Below, piece after piece: positions 14,001 through 26,963 of a stretch of 64,000 nt of DNA; position 1 is the first letter of the stretch; each line of letters begins with the position of its first letter. The DNA is taken from assembly GCA_002189035.1 (NCBI GenBank), contig NEEC01000008.1, forward strand, positions 1,674,001 to 1,738,000, written 5' to 3'. This DNA comes from Utricularia gibba (taxonomy: Eukaryota; Plantae; Magnoliophyta). Under the pieces are notes generated by a model. The model made no database searches, was not told the origin of the DNA, and was given only the letters and a program-made list of their open reading frames with translations. Position numbers and translations under genes: made by a program.

Positions 14001-17000
14001 GTATATTCCAACCACGGGATAGAGAAGCGCCACACAATACTGTAGCAGCAGATATCTTCTCATCATCTGAGCCACTGATCGCGATCTCATAAATTCTCTC
14101 AATCTCAGCTAAGCTTGTACCCGACGACATAAAAAATTTAGTTATCTCAATTTTAAATTCAAGCATTTGCACAGGTCATTTAGAAAACTACCGAAGAAAT
14201 ATAGTGTAATTGATTAAACAAAAAAATTGAATGATTTATAATTATAAATATTTATATCTACCTGTTAGCTGGAGTTGACTCCAAGACACTGACCATCTGT
14301 GGATTTAATGGTGATCCAGATATTAATGAAGACCAACTGGGCACTTGCCCAGAAATAGTCCGTGGAATGTTGTTGCCCAGATCTTTTTTCACATATCCAG
14401 GCCACAAATATGCCGATGTGTCCAGCAGATTCCTAGCAATGCAAGCCTCAACAATAAGATGCCAAAGGGTTCCAGCTGGAGATAATGTGAAATTCGTAAG
14501 CCAATCACTATTAATGATAAGCACAAACAAGACGACACAGCAGAAAAATGAGAAGCAAATGGATGCAAAGCCCTTTAAGAAAGAAATCTATGAAACTATA
14601 AAAAGAGAAGCAGAAAAGAAAATCTTGACAAGGAACAGCATCATGCCAAAACAGGGTGCAAATACCCCAAAACATAACAAGCAATAAACGTGATGAAAGG
14701 CTTGGATACGAAAGAGAAAAATAAACAATATAATTAATCCACCAAAAAAAACTCACAGCAATTTAACGGTAAGTCATTTAAGCTTAGGTTATCAAAATGC
14801 CCGATGTTAGCATTTTTATTTGTGTGAAGCACTGCTTTTGCATATGCTTGATTAGCCAATGTGCATACTGGAGGAGGAGGAGTCAACAATCCTTCAAAAT
14901 CACCCAAGCACTTCAGGCTGGAAACCAAATTTTCTCGGCGCTTCCCCATAGACTCGATACTCTTTCTCTGCCCAGTCAAGCTTTGTGGAGCTTCAGCTCT
15001 AATAATCGTCTCCTCCTCCTCAATAAGATTTACAACAGCCAGCGTTGCAATGGATAATAACATGCATAAACAAGTATCCAGTCGAGGAACAGGCCCCTCA
15101 GATGAATTGCTCTCCTAGACAAATCAAAGGAAAAAACTTCCACTAGTGACCTTATTTTACAATGAAAATTTTTTTAGTGTAGATGTTTTTGATCTGTGAA
15201 CATGGAAGAAGATGGAAAAAACTTGCTAGTTACTTTACTTCTTAGAAAGAGCATCATTTTTCAGGGAATTATTATATAAAGGCATACGGCAAAAACAAAA
15301 AGTATTACATTGCTGGTTTACAGGAGAAGTAAAACAGAAACGCTGCTTACCCGCTGAACAAGGCGCAGCACTGCAGTCCACATACCAAGAAATGAATCCT
15401 GCCAAGAGGTTTGATTTAGAGCCTGGAGAGACTTCAGTAAACCTGCAAATCATCTATATATTACACAGATATACAAAATTAAATAGCCTGAAATGAGAAA
15501 ATACGGGTCATGCCTGCAAGGGTTACTGCAGAACTAGTAGCTCTGATTTGTGATCCATCCATGGCATCTTCTAAATACAGATCAATAGGAAGCCAAAGTG
15601 CTGAATGAAGTGTGCCACGCCAATGGGCAGAAGATGGCAAAGGAGGCATAGCTGTCGCAGCATGGAAATGCTTGAGTGAGTTTGTTTTGCAATCACGGGA
15701 CAGCACTTGCCGCGTATCAGATGTCAGATTTAAAATTTCTTCTGGAGAGATATTTTTTGAACTTCTCAAAGATGATGAGTTTGAGGCCAGAACCCTAACA
15801 TTCTGTCGGAATATATTCCAATGTGTAGGCCTAAAAGAAAAATATGAATAGAAATGAGCCAGTATTGGTCACTTATCATTATGCCACATTTTTAAATGAT
15901 ACAATATTCACTAACCCACACGGACTAATAAGAACTTTGTGGAAAAAAGCTTACATGTTCCTACGGGCCAAGTAAAGGATACGACAAGTTATTCTGTCCT
16001 GCAAAAATTCACCAAATACTTCAAGAGCCAGTACGGTGTTTGTCTTACTCATTGCTGCCTTATGTTCCAGCCTCTTCCCATCAATATTATCCACAAAGTC
16101 AATGTCCATGTCTTGACTGTGGATTGGCCATCGTGACTTCTTCTCAGAAGTTAATTCCATCAGTCCTTCATCATCAAGTGAAGAATCAAGCAGCTTCCAC
16201 ACGATTGAAAACACAAATTCAACAACAAGAAACCCTGGTTCAGAGGATTCAAACCCATATACTTGTGAAAACTGCAGTACATCACTAATAGATGTCATGG
16301 TCCTGCACATGCGAAATTATAGATCAGAGAATGGAAAATGTTGATATGTGAAATAAAAACGATGATTGCATGTCAATCATATGACCAAAAATTACAACAA
16401 AACATGGTTGATGAATAGTTAAGACATCTAAAACTTTGTATTCAGTTTACAAAAAAGAAAAACCAAAACACAGAAAAACTTTAAGCAAAAAATGCACCAA
16501 TCATACCTCTGGTAATTGGGGCCATTGATCAGGGATGGTAATGAAAAGGCATATCGTCTGACAAGCTCAATGTATAATCTATATGCCTCGGGATGTTTCC
16601 ATCGACATGGTATGACCCTGAACAATGACAAAACCATAAAGGATTTATCAGAAAAAACCCTTCTCAACAACAAAAAGATCTCATTTATCAAAACATTGTC
16701 CTTCAGGCCTACCATTGAGATTTGAACTACTGAAGTGAATAAAGATTCAATCAATCTAACATCTCCCTACGTAATCAGACATAAATAACAGCAGTACTAA
16801 CCCATATTTTTCATTTTTTCATCCCACCCACAGATATTCTCACGAATGTCAGGTTTCAAAAAAATTGCAATAACAGCATTTTCATTATTCGTTGAAGACC
16901 ATTGAATTCATCTTTATGGAGAATTTTAAAAAATATATTTTAGGCCTTTATATTGCACAATGAAAATCCTTGAATTAAAACATGCGCTGATTACGGACCT

Positions 17001-17276
17001 TGCGGAGAGAAGTGCGAGAACAAACATAGGAGAAACGAGGCGGATGGAGAGAGCCTTCTCTAGGTATTTCCATGCGAGTGGGATATTGTTGGACCAACAA
17101 ATATGAGAAACTAGAAGCCCCGCCACTTCGACGGAGGGAACGGTAGCCCCTGCAGAGTTGAGAATTGCGGAAAGCTCCATTGCCCACACAAGAGAATCGG
17201 TGCCTTTCTCCAGCGCCGCCTTCGTCATCTCTAATACGCCGTCCCACAGCCGCGGCTTCGGTTCTTCCGCCGCCAT
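11067..17276 (-). CDS. MED33: Mediator subunit 33 (REF4/RFR1-like), 12 exons
   Basis: Motifs LWDGVLEMTK, SHICWSNN, LWLPIDLYLEDAMDG, EGPVPRLDTCLC, LKDLADFLPASLATIVSYFSAEVTRGLWKP, WPSPAANL and SLGCSKATWRAYV. Splice junctions stay in frame. Confidence 0.96.
15443..15513 (-). other. GC-AG intron, donor CAG|GCATGA
   Basis: The junction VTLA-G|LLKSLQ requires this 71-nt intron; read-through hits TAA. Confidence 0.88.
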
Positions 17277-17604
17277 CCAGCCGCCGAGTCGTGTCGGCGC
17301 TCCCTTGCTTAGATTCTAGCGCATTCGAACTGTGCAAGGTGTTAAACGAAAAAGCTATTTCCCCATACCCTTGGACTCGTCTTTCATACTGTGCAGTTTA
17401 CAAGTTCAAAGTGCACAACCCCAACTACTTCGTTCCCAGACCAAAAAAAAATATATATATATATATATATATCATTTTATTACATGATATAAGAGTAACG
17501 GTGTTTTTGCAAGATGAAATTAGCTATACTTTTTCTTTTATTATCCTTCCCTCCGGGTCCCAAGTTGCACTGCCTAATTTACCAATCAAAAAATAAATAA
17601 ATAA

Positions 17605-17608
<4 letters not shown>

Positions 17609-17650
<42 letters not shown>
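17609..17650. repeat. (AT)n microsatellite, preceded by (TAAA)n; a shorter (AT)n lies at about 17451-17472
   Basis: Direct sequence. Confidence 0.95.
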
Positions 17651-17654
<4 letters not shown>

Positions 17655-17682
17655 TATTAAAGTAAATTCTAATCAAAATTAA

Positions 17683-17917
17683 AGGAATATTTTGAAAAAA
17701 TTTTAAAATCTATTTTTATTTTTTAGAAGTAAAAATAATTTTATTTTAGAATAATTTTAATTGTAAAAATAATTCTATCAAAAACACTTTTAAAATTATA
17801 ACTACAAAAATTATTTTTGAAAAAAATAAGAAATTGGTTAATTTTATTTTTTTATTTACTTTTTAAAAGTAATTTTAAAAACTAAAAATAGGTTCAAAAA
17901 TTTTTCAGAACACTGCT
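17683..17917. mobile_element. AT-rich Tourist-like MITE, copy A
   Basis: Imperfect ~37-bp terminal inverted repeats (AGGAATATTTTGAAAAAATTTT... / ...AAAATTTTTCAGAACACTGCT) flanked by TAA on both sides. Related copies lie at about 19540-19760 and 41664-41945. Confidence 0.6.
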
Positions 17918-18289
17918 TAAATCAAAGTTATTTGATGTAGATGAATGTAATTTTAGTTATAAGGTTTCATAAAAATGGAAATGCTACTATAAGTATTTAT
18001 ATAGTAGAGGATCCCCATAGCAAGTGTCCAAAAAGGTACCTTCTTGAGACGAAAACACGAACCGGGTGTGTACACAAAGAAGGAAGTGCTCGAGTAGGAA
18101 GACAGAACATAGCTGCTGCGGACAAGAATGAGGAGTCTTGTATCTGGAGTATCTACCAGATCAGATAATGCATGGCTGGAGATGAGCATTAGGCACTACA
18201 CAACAATGTCAAAGTGCTCGCTCGGTTGGGACACATCAACTAGATGACACCACAAACACTCCTCATTATTAGAATACATAATACCAAAT

Positions 18290-18700
18290 CAAAAAATGAA
18301 AGTGAAATAATTAAATATATAAGAAATTGTAAATCACAGTAATCAATTAAGCATAATATTTTTTAATATAATATATGTTTATTATGTATTTATGTTTCAT
18401 ATGTACTCATTCAATTCATCGAATTCTAAATTTCAACATGATATTACTATCTATAATATGAACACTACCTACAATCAAACAAAAAAAATAAGTGTTAACC
18501 AAATCGAATATCAATTTAACTTGAGACCAGATGTTCGAATAGACAATCTCATATTGGAAAATGAAAATAAAATATTCAAGTATATAAAAAATTACAAATC
18601 ATAAGTAATCAATTGAATTTAATATTTTCTAATATGATTCATATTTATTGTATACTTGAATTTCATATATGCTCATCCAATCCATCGGATTCTGAATTTA
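18290..18700. repeat. Diverged direct repeat of about 140 bp (18290-18435 and 18558-18700)
   Basis: Shared blocks AAAATGAAA, GTAATCAATT, AATATTTT.TAATAT, TTTCATAT.T.CTCAT.CAAT.CATCG.ATTCT.AATTT. Confidence 0.75.
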
Positions 18701-19539
18701 TATACTCACGACAACGAATGGTAAGTCATGCATAAACCTTAATTTGGGTTCGAACCGATTGCACATCTAGGTGAGTGTCAGAAGAGGGCTGGGTGTTGGC
18801 CTTAACGGGTTGTGAGGTTTTGAAACAAAGTAAAGCTAAATCCAAAAATATCAGAATTAACCAGGTAAAACTCAATGTGAGAAACCTCATGATAGTATCA
18901 ATTCACCATACTTTGTTTATACCATACTGAGGCAACAGTTTTACAAAACACACACATACAGCACATCAGTTGAAATCCAATCCTCCAATCACTGAGACTC
19001 CCTCTGCATCACACCAAAACCGACAGAGTTATGACAGCAAAAAAAGCAAAAAATCATGCACCTCCCACTTTCTCCAACGCCCACGTAGCATAATTGCTCC
19101 ACTTGCACAACATGGAGGGCACCATTCTCCACACTTCTAACCTATGCACTCACCATTCGTTCCTGTGAGGAGTCATCTCTAGATCTGGAAAAACAGCTCC
19201 AACACAAGATCCAAATAACCCTGCACGCGAATGCTTGAGAAGCCACAATTATAGAGCTCAACATCCTGCAGCAGAGCAAACTTGCAGACGCGTCAAGATG
19301 CTGGGCAGCAAAGAAATGCCACCCATGGCGTGGCGGCAACTGCAAAAATCCCATAAACCCATTTGGGCTCTCGTCATCTATCGGCCAACCCATTTGGGTT
19401 CATTCATATTCACCACGATAGAAAGAAACCAAACGTAGAAAAAAAAATGTCCCGTAAACCCGAAAACTCTCTCGGCGCCTCCATGTTTCCCCGGATCCAT
19501 TGCCACTCGGGAAACTAAGAACTCTAAAATATCTATCTT

Positions 19540-19760
19540 ACTTTTATTATTTTATTCTACTATATTTAATGAGTGTTATATAAAATTTTTTAAAATTATT
19601 TTTATTTTTAAACATTTTAATTATAAAATTAATTTTATCAAAAACATTTTAAAAATTATATTACAATTTTTTTAAAAAAAATAATAAGTTTTTTATTTTT
19701 TATTTCTATTTTTCTAAAATAATTTAAAAAAATAGAAAACATATTTCAAAATTTTTCCAA
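19540..19760. mobile_element. AT-rich MITE-like element, copy B (degraded)
   Basis: The internal stretch TTTTAATT.TAAAA.TAATT.TATCAAAAACA.TTT.AAAATTATA matches copy A. Confidence 0.5.
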
Positions 19761-20981
19761 AATATTATTTTATATTCTATCTCATATACTGACAAAAAAA
19801 ATACACTATAAATGATCAAATTTCTAAATGACCCATCTTCATCTCGTATTTCATATTTTAAAACAGTATATTTAAAACATGGTATAAATATTTGATTTAG
19901 CTCATCCTTCATACAAAATATACAAATTGTTATACAAGTGTTAAGAGACTCAAAAACTATACCTAAAACATGCAATTTAATTATTAATATAGTTAATGTT
20001 ATACTATCCCATTATTTGAAGGGAATAATCCACATCATCATATACATACATGTTATGGAAATAAATGATTTTAAAATTAAAATAAATCAGCTTTTTAAAA
20101 TATTTATTTAAATCCATATTATTTTCTTTTAATTCAATCACATCAATCCAACAATAATTATTTTATATACAAATGTAAATAAATGAAATCATTTTTTATG
20201 TTACACTCCCCAGCCAAATATCAACTTGTATGTGCTCAAATGATGCACATTAAAACATCATGTGCACCAGCTAAGATAAGATCATGAGATGAGTGGTCCC
20301 CACAAGATCATTAGGAATCCAAATCATCATTCCATATGCAATTTGCATATCAAATAATCTAAACCCAAAAACCTAAAAAAAGTGACATCCAATGATTTTG
20401 AAAACTAAGCCCATGTTTGATAAGATTTCTTGAAAAACATTTTTCAAATAGTATAGTTTCTAAAAAAAAAAATCACTTATAATTTTAACGTTTTTTGAAA
20501 TGAAATTCGTTTGTATTTGATAACTTATGAAATATTTCTATATAAATTGCACATGAATTAATTGCATTCCATAAGCTGGTTTAGGATTGGTTAATCTCCC
20601 CTTAAATGGGAATTACATTAAAATAAATATTTGCAGTATTGAATTACATTAAAATAATCAGAAATTTACTTCTTTTTTTAAAAAAACTATTAATATTTAG
20701 ATAATTATATTGGATGAAAAAGGGGAGTAAAGTGAATCGGAATCTTCTTTTGTTAATTAATTAACGGAAACAAATTTTGAAATTTGGCCGTTTGAGGCCG
20801 AAGCAATAAAACCCCCACGGCTTGCGTTCGCTTCAATAATTTCTCTCCAAGAACCCAACTTTTTTCTTGAATGCGCTGCTGCTGTTTCTTGTTTTCTTCT
20901 TCGTCTCTCTCTTTTCGGGCTCTCGTTTTTTGACGCGAAATAAACCCGAGATCGGAAATCCCATTAACCGCCACCGGCGTC

Positions 20982-23098
20982 ATGGGGACGAGTGGCGCTG
21001 TGTGTGCTGAAGCGGAGGATGATTCGCAGCAGCAGCAGCAGCTCTCTTTGTTGGAGTTCATTCTGTCTGCTTTGAGAAAATCCATGGCGTCTGGTTGCCG
21101 CTTCGACTGTATGGATCAAGGGGTTATCTGCGCGGTTCGTCAGATGGAAATCGGGTGGCCTACGAACGTTGAGCACGTAACCCATGTCACCTTCGACAGA
21201 TTTCATGGCTTTCTTGGACTTCCTGTGGAGTTTGAGGTCGAGATTCCATGCAAAGTTCCCAGTGCTAGGCATGCTTCTCTGCTCTCTCCCAAATTCTTTC
21301 ACTGTTTCCTGTTTTGAATGAGAATATCATAATTCCTGCATGTGTTTCTGGATTTTCCTGACGATGATGAAGGGGTGCAGTGAAATCATGGAATCCCACA
21401 AACATTGAAAGCATTGCAGAAATAATTAATGGCTTACTTCAGAGAGTAGATACTATTCATTTACTCAAGAAATCAGTAGCTAGAAGTAGGTCCATGGATT
21501 GCATTTATTTGCTCTGTACGCAGTTATCCATTAGATGCATATAGCTACTACTTGGGACCAAGGTTTATTGTAGACATGATTCTCATGCTCCATGGTCTCT
21601 CTCCTTCTCTCCTTTGCTGGTAAATTTATGTGTTTGTCTTCTTTCAAAGGAGTGCTTCTCTCTCCACTTTTTCTACGCCAAGTTTTTCCCGGTCAAGGGT
21701 GTCCTGCCTCCTTCCCTATCTCTTGGTAGATTCGTACAACAATTTTCCAACTTGTATAATTTTCCTACTTCAATTGCACTGGATGAATATTGAATTGACC
21801 AAAATCTTCACCCAAGTTTCTGGTTTACTTCCCTGCACGAAAGGTAGAAAGAATGAGACTTGGACCAGAAGCAGTCTGAAGCAGGTTTTGCATAAGAAAA
21901 TCAATACCTTGAATATAAACTGCACAGGACAAAATAATACAAAGTGCATCTCCCTGTAAAGAGTGAATTCCGTTATGGGATGAAGATAATGCATGAAAAG
22001 ATCAAATTTTTGCATCTGCTGATAGTCCAAGTTTGATTCCTGTTTCACCTTTGTCAGCTACTTCAGCTTAGAAGTTTAACATTTTCTATGTGGCTGTGGA
22101 TTGTTCCAGTATTAGCGTTTTTGGGGTGTCTCCAGAGTCGATGCAGTGCTCATATGACTCGAGGGGGAACAGCGTCCCAACCATTTTGTTGCTGATGCAG
22201 GAGAGGTTGTATTCACAGGGCGGATTGAAGGTGAGTTACCAGGATTTCTGTATGCAACAGAGTTCATGAGGGCTGTGCTTTGAGATGCTGATTTTCCCTC
22301 CCTGCTGCAGTCTGAGGGTATTTTTCGAATAAATCCGGAGAACAGCCAAGAGGAACATGTGAGGAACCAGCTCAACAGCGGCATTGTGCCTCAAGACATA
22401 GATGTTCACTGCTTAGCCAGCCTGATAAAAGCCTGGTTCCGCGAGCTGCCTTCTGGTGTTCTTGATGGAATATCTCCTGAACAGGTACTACACTGCAAAA
22501 CAGAGGAGGAATCCCTTGAGCTCATCAAGCAACTGAGACCAACAGAGAGTGCTCTTCTCAGCTGGGCTGTTGATCTCATGGTGGATGTGGCCGAGGAGGA
22601 AGAATCCAACAAAATGAATGCAAGAAACATTGCTATGGTCTTCGCCCCCAACATGACCAAGGTCTTTTTGATTGCATTAATCCTTGTGCATTGTCCATTA
22701 GCTCAATGTTTTCCATTTCTGTGCAGATGTCTGATCCTTTGACAGCTCTAATACATGCTGTCCAAGTGATGAACTTGCTGAAGACACTCATCACAGAATC
22801 TTTGAGGAAAAGGCAAGAAGCGATCTCCAGCTCACCTCTTCCATCTCAGTCTGATCCTGAAAGTGAACAAGAATCTGATAGCCAACAAGAGATGGAGATG
22901 GAGGGAAGCAGCTGCGAATCTGTGGATCATGACGAGCAAGACAAATGCAGCAGGAAAATGGAAGAAGTGGGATCATTGAATAAGGTAAAAAAGACCTTTC
23001 TGGGACAAATGGATGACAATGAGAATGCGATCAATGGGTTCAGGAAACAGTTAGAAGGCAATGCAGGTCCACCAATTGGTTCTTTGACTGTCAGATAG
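20982..23098 (+). CDS. ROPGAP: CRIB-domain Rho GTPase-activating protein (RopGAP), 4 exons
   Basis: CRIB MEIGWPTNVEHVTHVTFDRFHGFLGLP; RhoGAP SEGIFRINPENSQEEHVR, DVHCLASLIKAWFRELP and NKMNARNIAMVFAPNMT. Confidence 0.95.
21269..22109 (+). other. GC-AG intron, donor TAG|GCATGC
   Basis: The junction VPSA-S|ISVFGVS requires this donor. The upstream GT alternative gives a stop or a frameshift. Confidence 0.88.
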
Positions 23099-23365
23099 AA
23101 TTAAGGGAAGTTCATTTTTCAGCAGGATTAGTTCTGTCACTGGAAGCATTAGAAGAAAATGGTTAGCAGAAACATGGCAGAATCAAATAGTTGTAATATT
23201 CTGTTTGAGTTGCTAGCATTCTGCATGCTTTTGCAGGTACCTTTCTCATGTTACCAATAATTCTGGGGTGCTTGTAAATTAGGACCAGATTGGTTTGCTT
23301 TGTGTGGCTTGTAAATTCATTCCCCCTTTCCTTTCTGTGTAATGCCAGCATTACATAGAATGCTA

Positions 23366-24451
23366 CTACTTTGTGAGATGATCGGGTGTGGGGAGGTTTA
23401 AATTCTTGAAGGATGACATGCCTCCATCCACCACAAGATTATGCCCGGTGACGTACTTGGCATCATCAGACGCAAGGTAAACAGCAGCATTCGCGACATC
23501 TGACGGCTCACAAACCGCTCCCTTGAGAGAACTGGTATCACGGAGCATCTGCACCAGCAGCTCCTGATCCGCCCCCGGATACATCTTCTTGAGCTCATCC
23601 ATCACCAAGGGCGTCGCAATCACCATCGGAGATATGCAATTGATCCTAATCCCGTTTCTGCTCATCTCCGGCACCGCGGATTTCACGATCCCGATCACAC
23701 TTGCCTTGGACAAGGAGTAAGTGAACTGCGCTAGACCTCCGATTACTCCAGTGATGCTCGCTGTGCAGAGAATGACGCCTTGTTTTCTTGGGATCATCAC
23801 GCGAGCGGCGTGTTTAACTCCAGCCACTGTGCCGCGGACATTGATCGCCGTGACGCGATCGAACGTCTCTAGGTCTAGATCAGCGATGCTCGGAGGCGTA
23901 TGGCAAGCGATGCCGGCGTTGTTATACATAACATCAAGTCGCCCGTGCTTTCCGACGGCGAAGTCCACCGCCGCCGATATGTCGGATTCTTTCATTACGT
24001 CGCAGAGAACGAAGGTAGCGTCAGAGCCGAGCTGCCGCGCCGTTGCCTCGCCTTGCTCGCGTTGGATATCAGCAACGATTACCTTAGCTCCATTTTCGAC
24101 GAATTTTCTGGCCGTTTCTCTCCCGATGCCGCTCGCTGCACCAGTTATCAGAGCAACCTTCCCTTCCAATTTACTGAATGAGAATAACTCACTTCAGCGA
24201 TTATCAGAAACGATTTCCAGAAGATTCATGAATCCGAACTCCACCACAAAATTCAAGAAACGCGAGGCGATTACCTCATTCCTGATCCTGAAGACAACCG
24301 CTTCCAAGATCTCGCGGTAATCACATCTCTGAAACGCGAGCAATTCCTAAGAATCCACAAACAATTAGTCACAAAAAGAATGCAGAAACCGGCAGCGTAG
24401 AAAGAAACACACACTCTCCTTCAAAACTCACCTGAATCCAGCCCTCAACAT
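23366..24451 (-). CDS. Short-chain dehydrogenase/reductase (classical SDR) with a presequence-like N-terminus, 3 exons
   Basis: MLRAGFR|NCSRFR...GM-S|KLEGKVALITGAASGIG, NNAG, catalytic YSLSK and VTGHNLVVDGG. The Arg/Ser-rich N-terminus suggests organellar targeting (inference). Confidence 0.93.
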
Positions 24452-24897
24452 ATTCCGCTACCGTGAATATACTCTCAATCTGCAGCGAAATCCTCCAATT
24501 TCTGACAGCGATCAACAAATTCGGAAAACCAGAACGTAAGCCCTAGTTTTCCATCATCATCTTTTGAAAGTCAAAATATTTCATAGACTGTAGGTAACTA
24601 CGATCCTTGTCGCTTAGAGTCATGTGCATTCGAGCAAACTGGGAAAAAAAAAATACTTATTTAATAATGATATGTCTTTGCAAATGGGCCATTAGTATTA
24701 TAAACTATGTATAGTGGGAAAAAAAATCTGGCTTCTGTGGTCGGTTTTCTAAAACCATGTGTGGCAACCTGTTTCTCAAACCGTTGTCGTGGTTCACATG
24801 ATAACTACCAGTGTCCACTGGCGTAACGGAGTCCAGAAACTACTTGTTTTTTCTATAAGTTACTGGAGGGTGAGCTGGAAAATTCCGAGTTTCATCA

Positions 24898-25835
24898 ATG
24901 GAGAAATCAGCGATTGTTTTGGGCGTCGATGAGAGTGAGCACAGCTTCTATGCTTTGGAGTGGACGCTCAGCCACTTGTTCGTCCCGGATCCGGCGATCT
25001 CTCCGTTCAAGCTCGTTGTCGTGCACGCTAAGCCTCCTGCCATCACCGCCGTCGGTCTTGCTGGGCCTGGTATGTGTATCCTGGCTTGTGCTCTGATTGT
25101 CGTCTGGTTTGTCCAATGCGAGAGAATTGAAGTGATTGTGGTGTCCATTCGAAGGGAAATTTGCAATTGAACTTCAGTTGAGGAACTTTTCTGTTGTGGC
25201 TGTGATTTGCAGGTACGGCGGATGTGCTCCCGATTATAGACAAAGACTTGAAGAAGATAGCCGCGAGGGTGGTGGAGAAAGCCAAAACAATTTGCCAAGC
25301 CAAATTGGTACTTATCGATAGCGTTCAAATCACCTGTTCATCTTCTTTTCTTAGTTTAGAATTTTTGTGTTGAGGAGCCTCAGATCAGAATCAGAATTCA
25401 AAGTAGGTGATTGATTAGTAGGTTTCATGGTAGGATTAGCAATTTGGTTAGCCCATAAATTTCAATGTGCACAGGCTTTATCCTACTAAAAATGGTCTTG
25501 CATCTACACTAAACAAAAGAACTGGGCATAGCTTCTGAACTCTGCCCCTGCTGCAGGTTACCGATGTGATCTTTGAGGTAAGTGAAGGCGATGCCCGCAA
25601 TGTTCTGTGCGAGGCTGTGGATAAGCACAGCGCATCCATTCTGGTTGTGGGCAGCCATGGCTATGGAGCAATCAAGAGGTATATATCAATCCCTGTATTG
25701 AGATTCAAGTGCAAGCTCCCATGGTGAATGAAATAACTTGCTTGCAGGGCTGTGCTGGGAAGCGTTAGTGACTACTTGGCTCACCATGCGCATTCCTCTG
25801 TGATGATCGTCAAGCAGCCCAAGACGAAGCACTAA
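24898..25835 (+). CDS. Universal stress protein A-like, copy 1, 4 exons
   Basis: IVLGVDESEHSFYALEWTL, EGDARNVLCEAV, VVGSHGYGAIKRAVLGSVSDY. Confidence 0.95.
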
Positions 25836-26963
25836 TCAATCCTCCATCTTCCAGTTACAAGAATGCTACAAGACGAAGTTCCACTGTACCCTTTCTTTTT
25901 TTTTTACTTCCAAGATAATGGAGCTGCAGCAGCCCTTTTGAGGCCAATGCAAGACTACTGTTCGTATTTTCGATTATCTGTAATTAAATAAATAAATAAA
26001 CTTTTCAAAAAAATTTAATGTTACTTACAGGAAACATTAAAAAAGGTCATATTTATAACTCATGAATGAATATTTATGAGATTAATTAATATATTTAATT
26101 ATTTAAATTAATATAAATATATGATTTAATATTTAAAAATTATATAATATAAATATCATCCAAATTTTAGAATTAAACTTGGAATGTAGTTTAACTACTC
26201 ATTCCAATTTATAATGAATATAAAAAGTTTAATCATAAAGTTTCAAAATTACATCATATGTTCTTCAAATTATTTTTTCTGTAAATACTTTGCTACTGAA
26301 CTTTTAAATTTATATATCTAACTCATAATATTATCAAAAGTAATCGGTTTTCACCCTAATGTCATTATGACGAGATCGTTGTAAACAATATACATGACAT
26401 TTACCTTTCTTTAATAATTTTATTCTTGTTAAACTCTAAAAATCACAAGATGTAAATGCAATATAATGCTAACAATGAATTTTGATTTGCAAAACTCTAG
26501 ATAAAAATATGAAAAGTTCTAATACAAAATTTTATTAAGTTTGAAATTAGATCTAGTTTATTGAATCGATTTATTTTTTAATAATTTTGAAAATTGTTTA
26601 ATTATTCATTACATAATTTTAATAAATTCATGTGTTTTTTTTTGAACGTGAGAGTTAAACATTTTATAATTATCAAAATTTGAGATGTTTTTCTCCTAAT
26701 TTTCTCATTAAAATTGCATACATATAGTATTTTATTTTTGAAAAAAGTAAATAAATCTGGTAAAAAGATGGATTGGAAAGATTACAAAAGTTGGTGCTGC
26801 TTTTGTGTAGCTGACTCGTTTTCATATTTCTCTGCTGTCGTCGCCGTGGTTCCCCTTGTTACGTAATGATCAAGCTCTTGGCCTCCTTTTTGTTAGCTTT
26901 ACTTTGTTCTGTAACCTATTTCAACGGCGTCTGTAAATCCTCTGGGAAATCAAACTGGATTCC

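Noticed and set aside
18715-18765. TGGTAA...GGTTCGAACC, tRNA or SINE-like A/B boxes (similar words at 50438-50475)
   Set aside because: The spacing is too short for a cloverleaf and there is no acceptor stem; a SINE call is unsupported.
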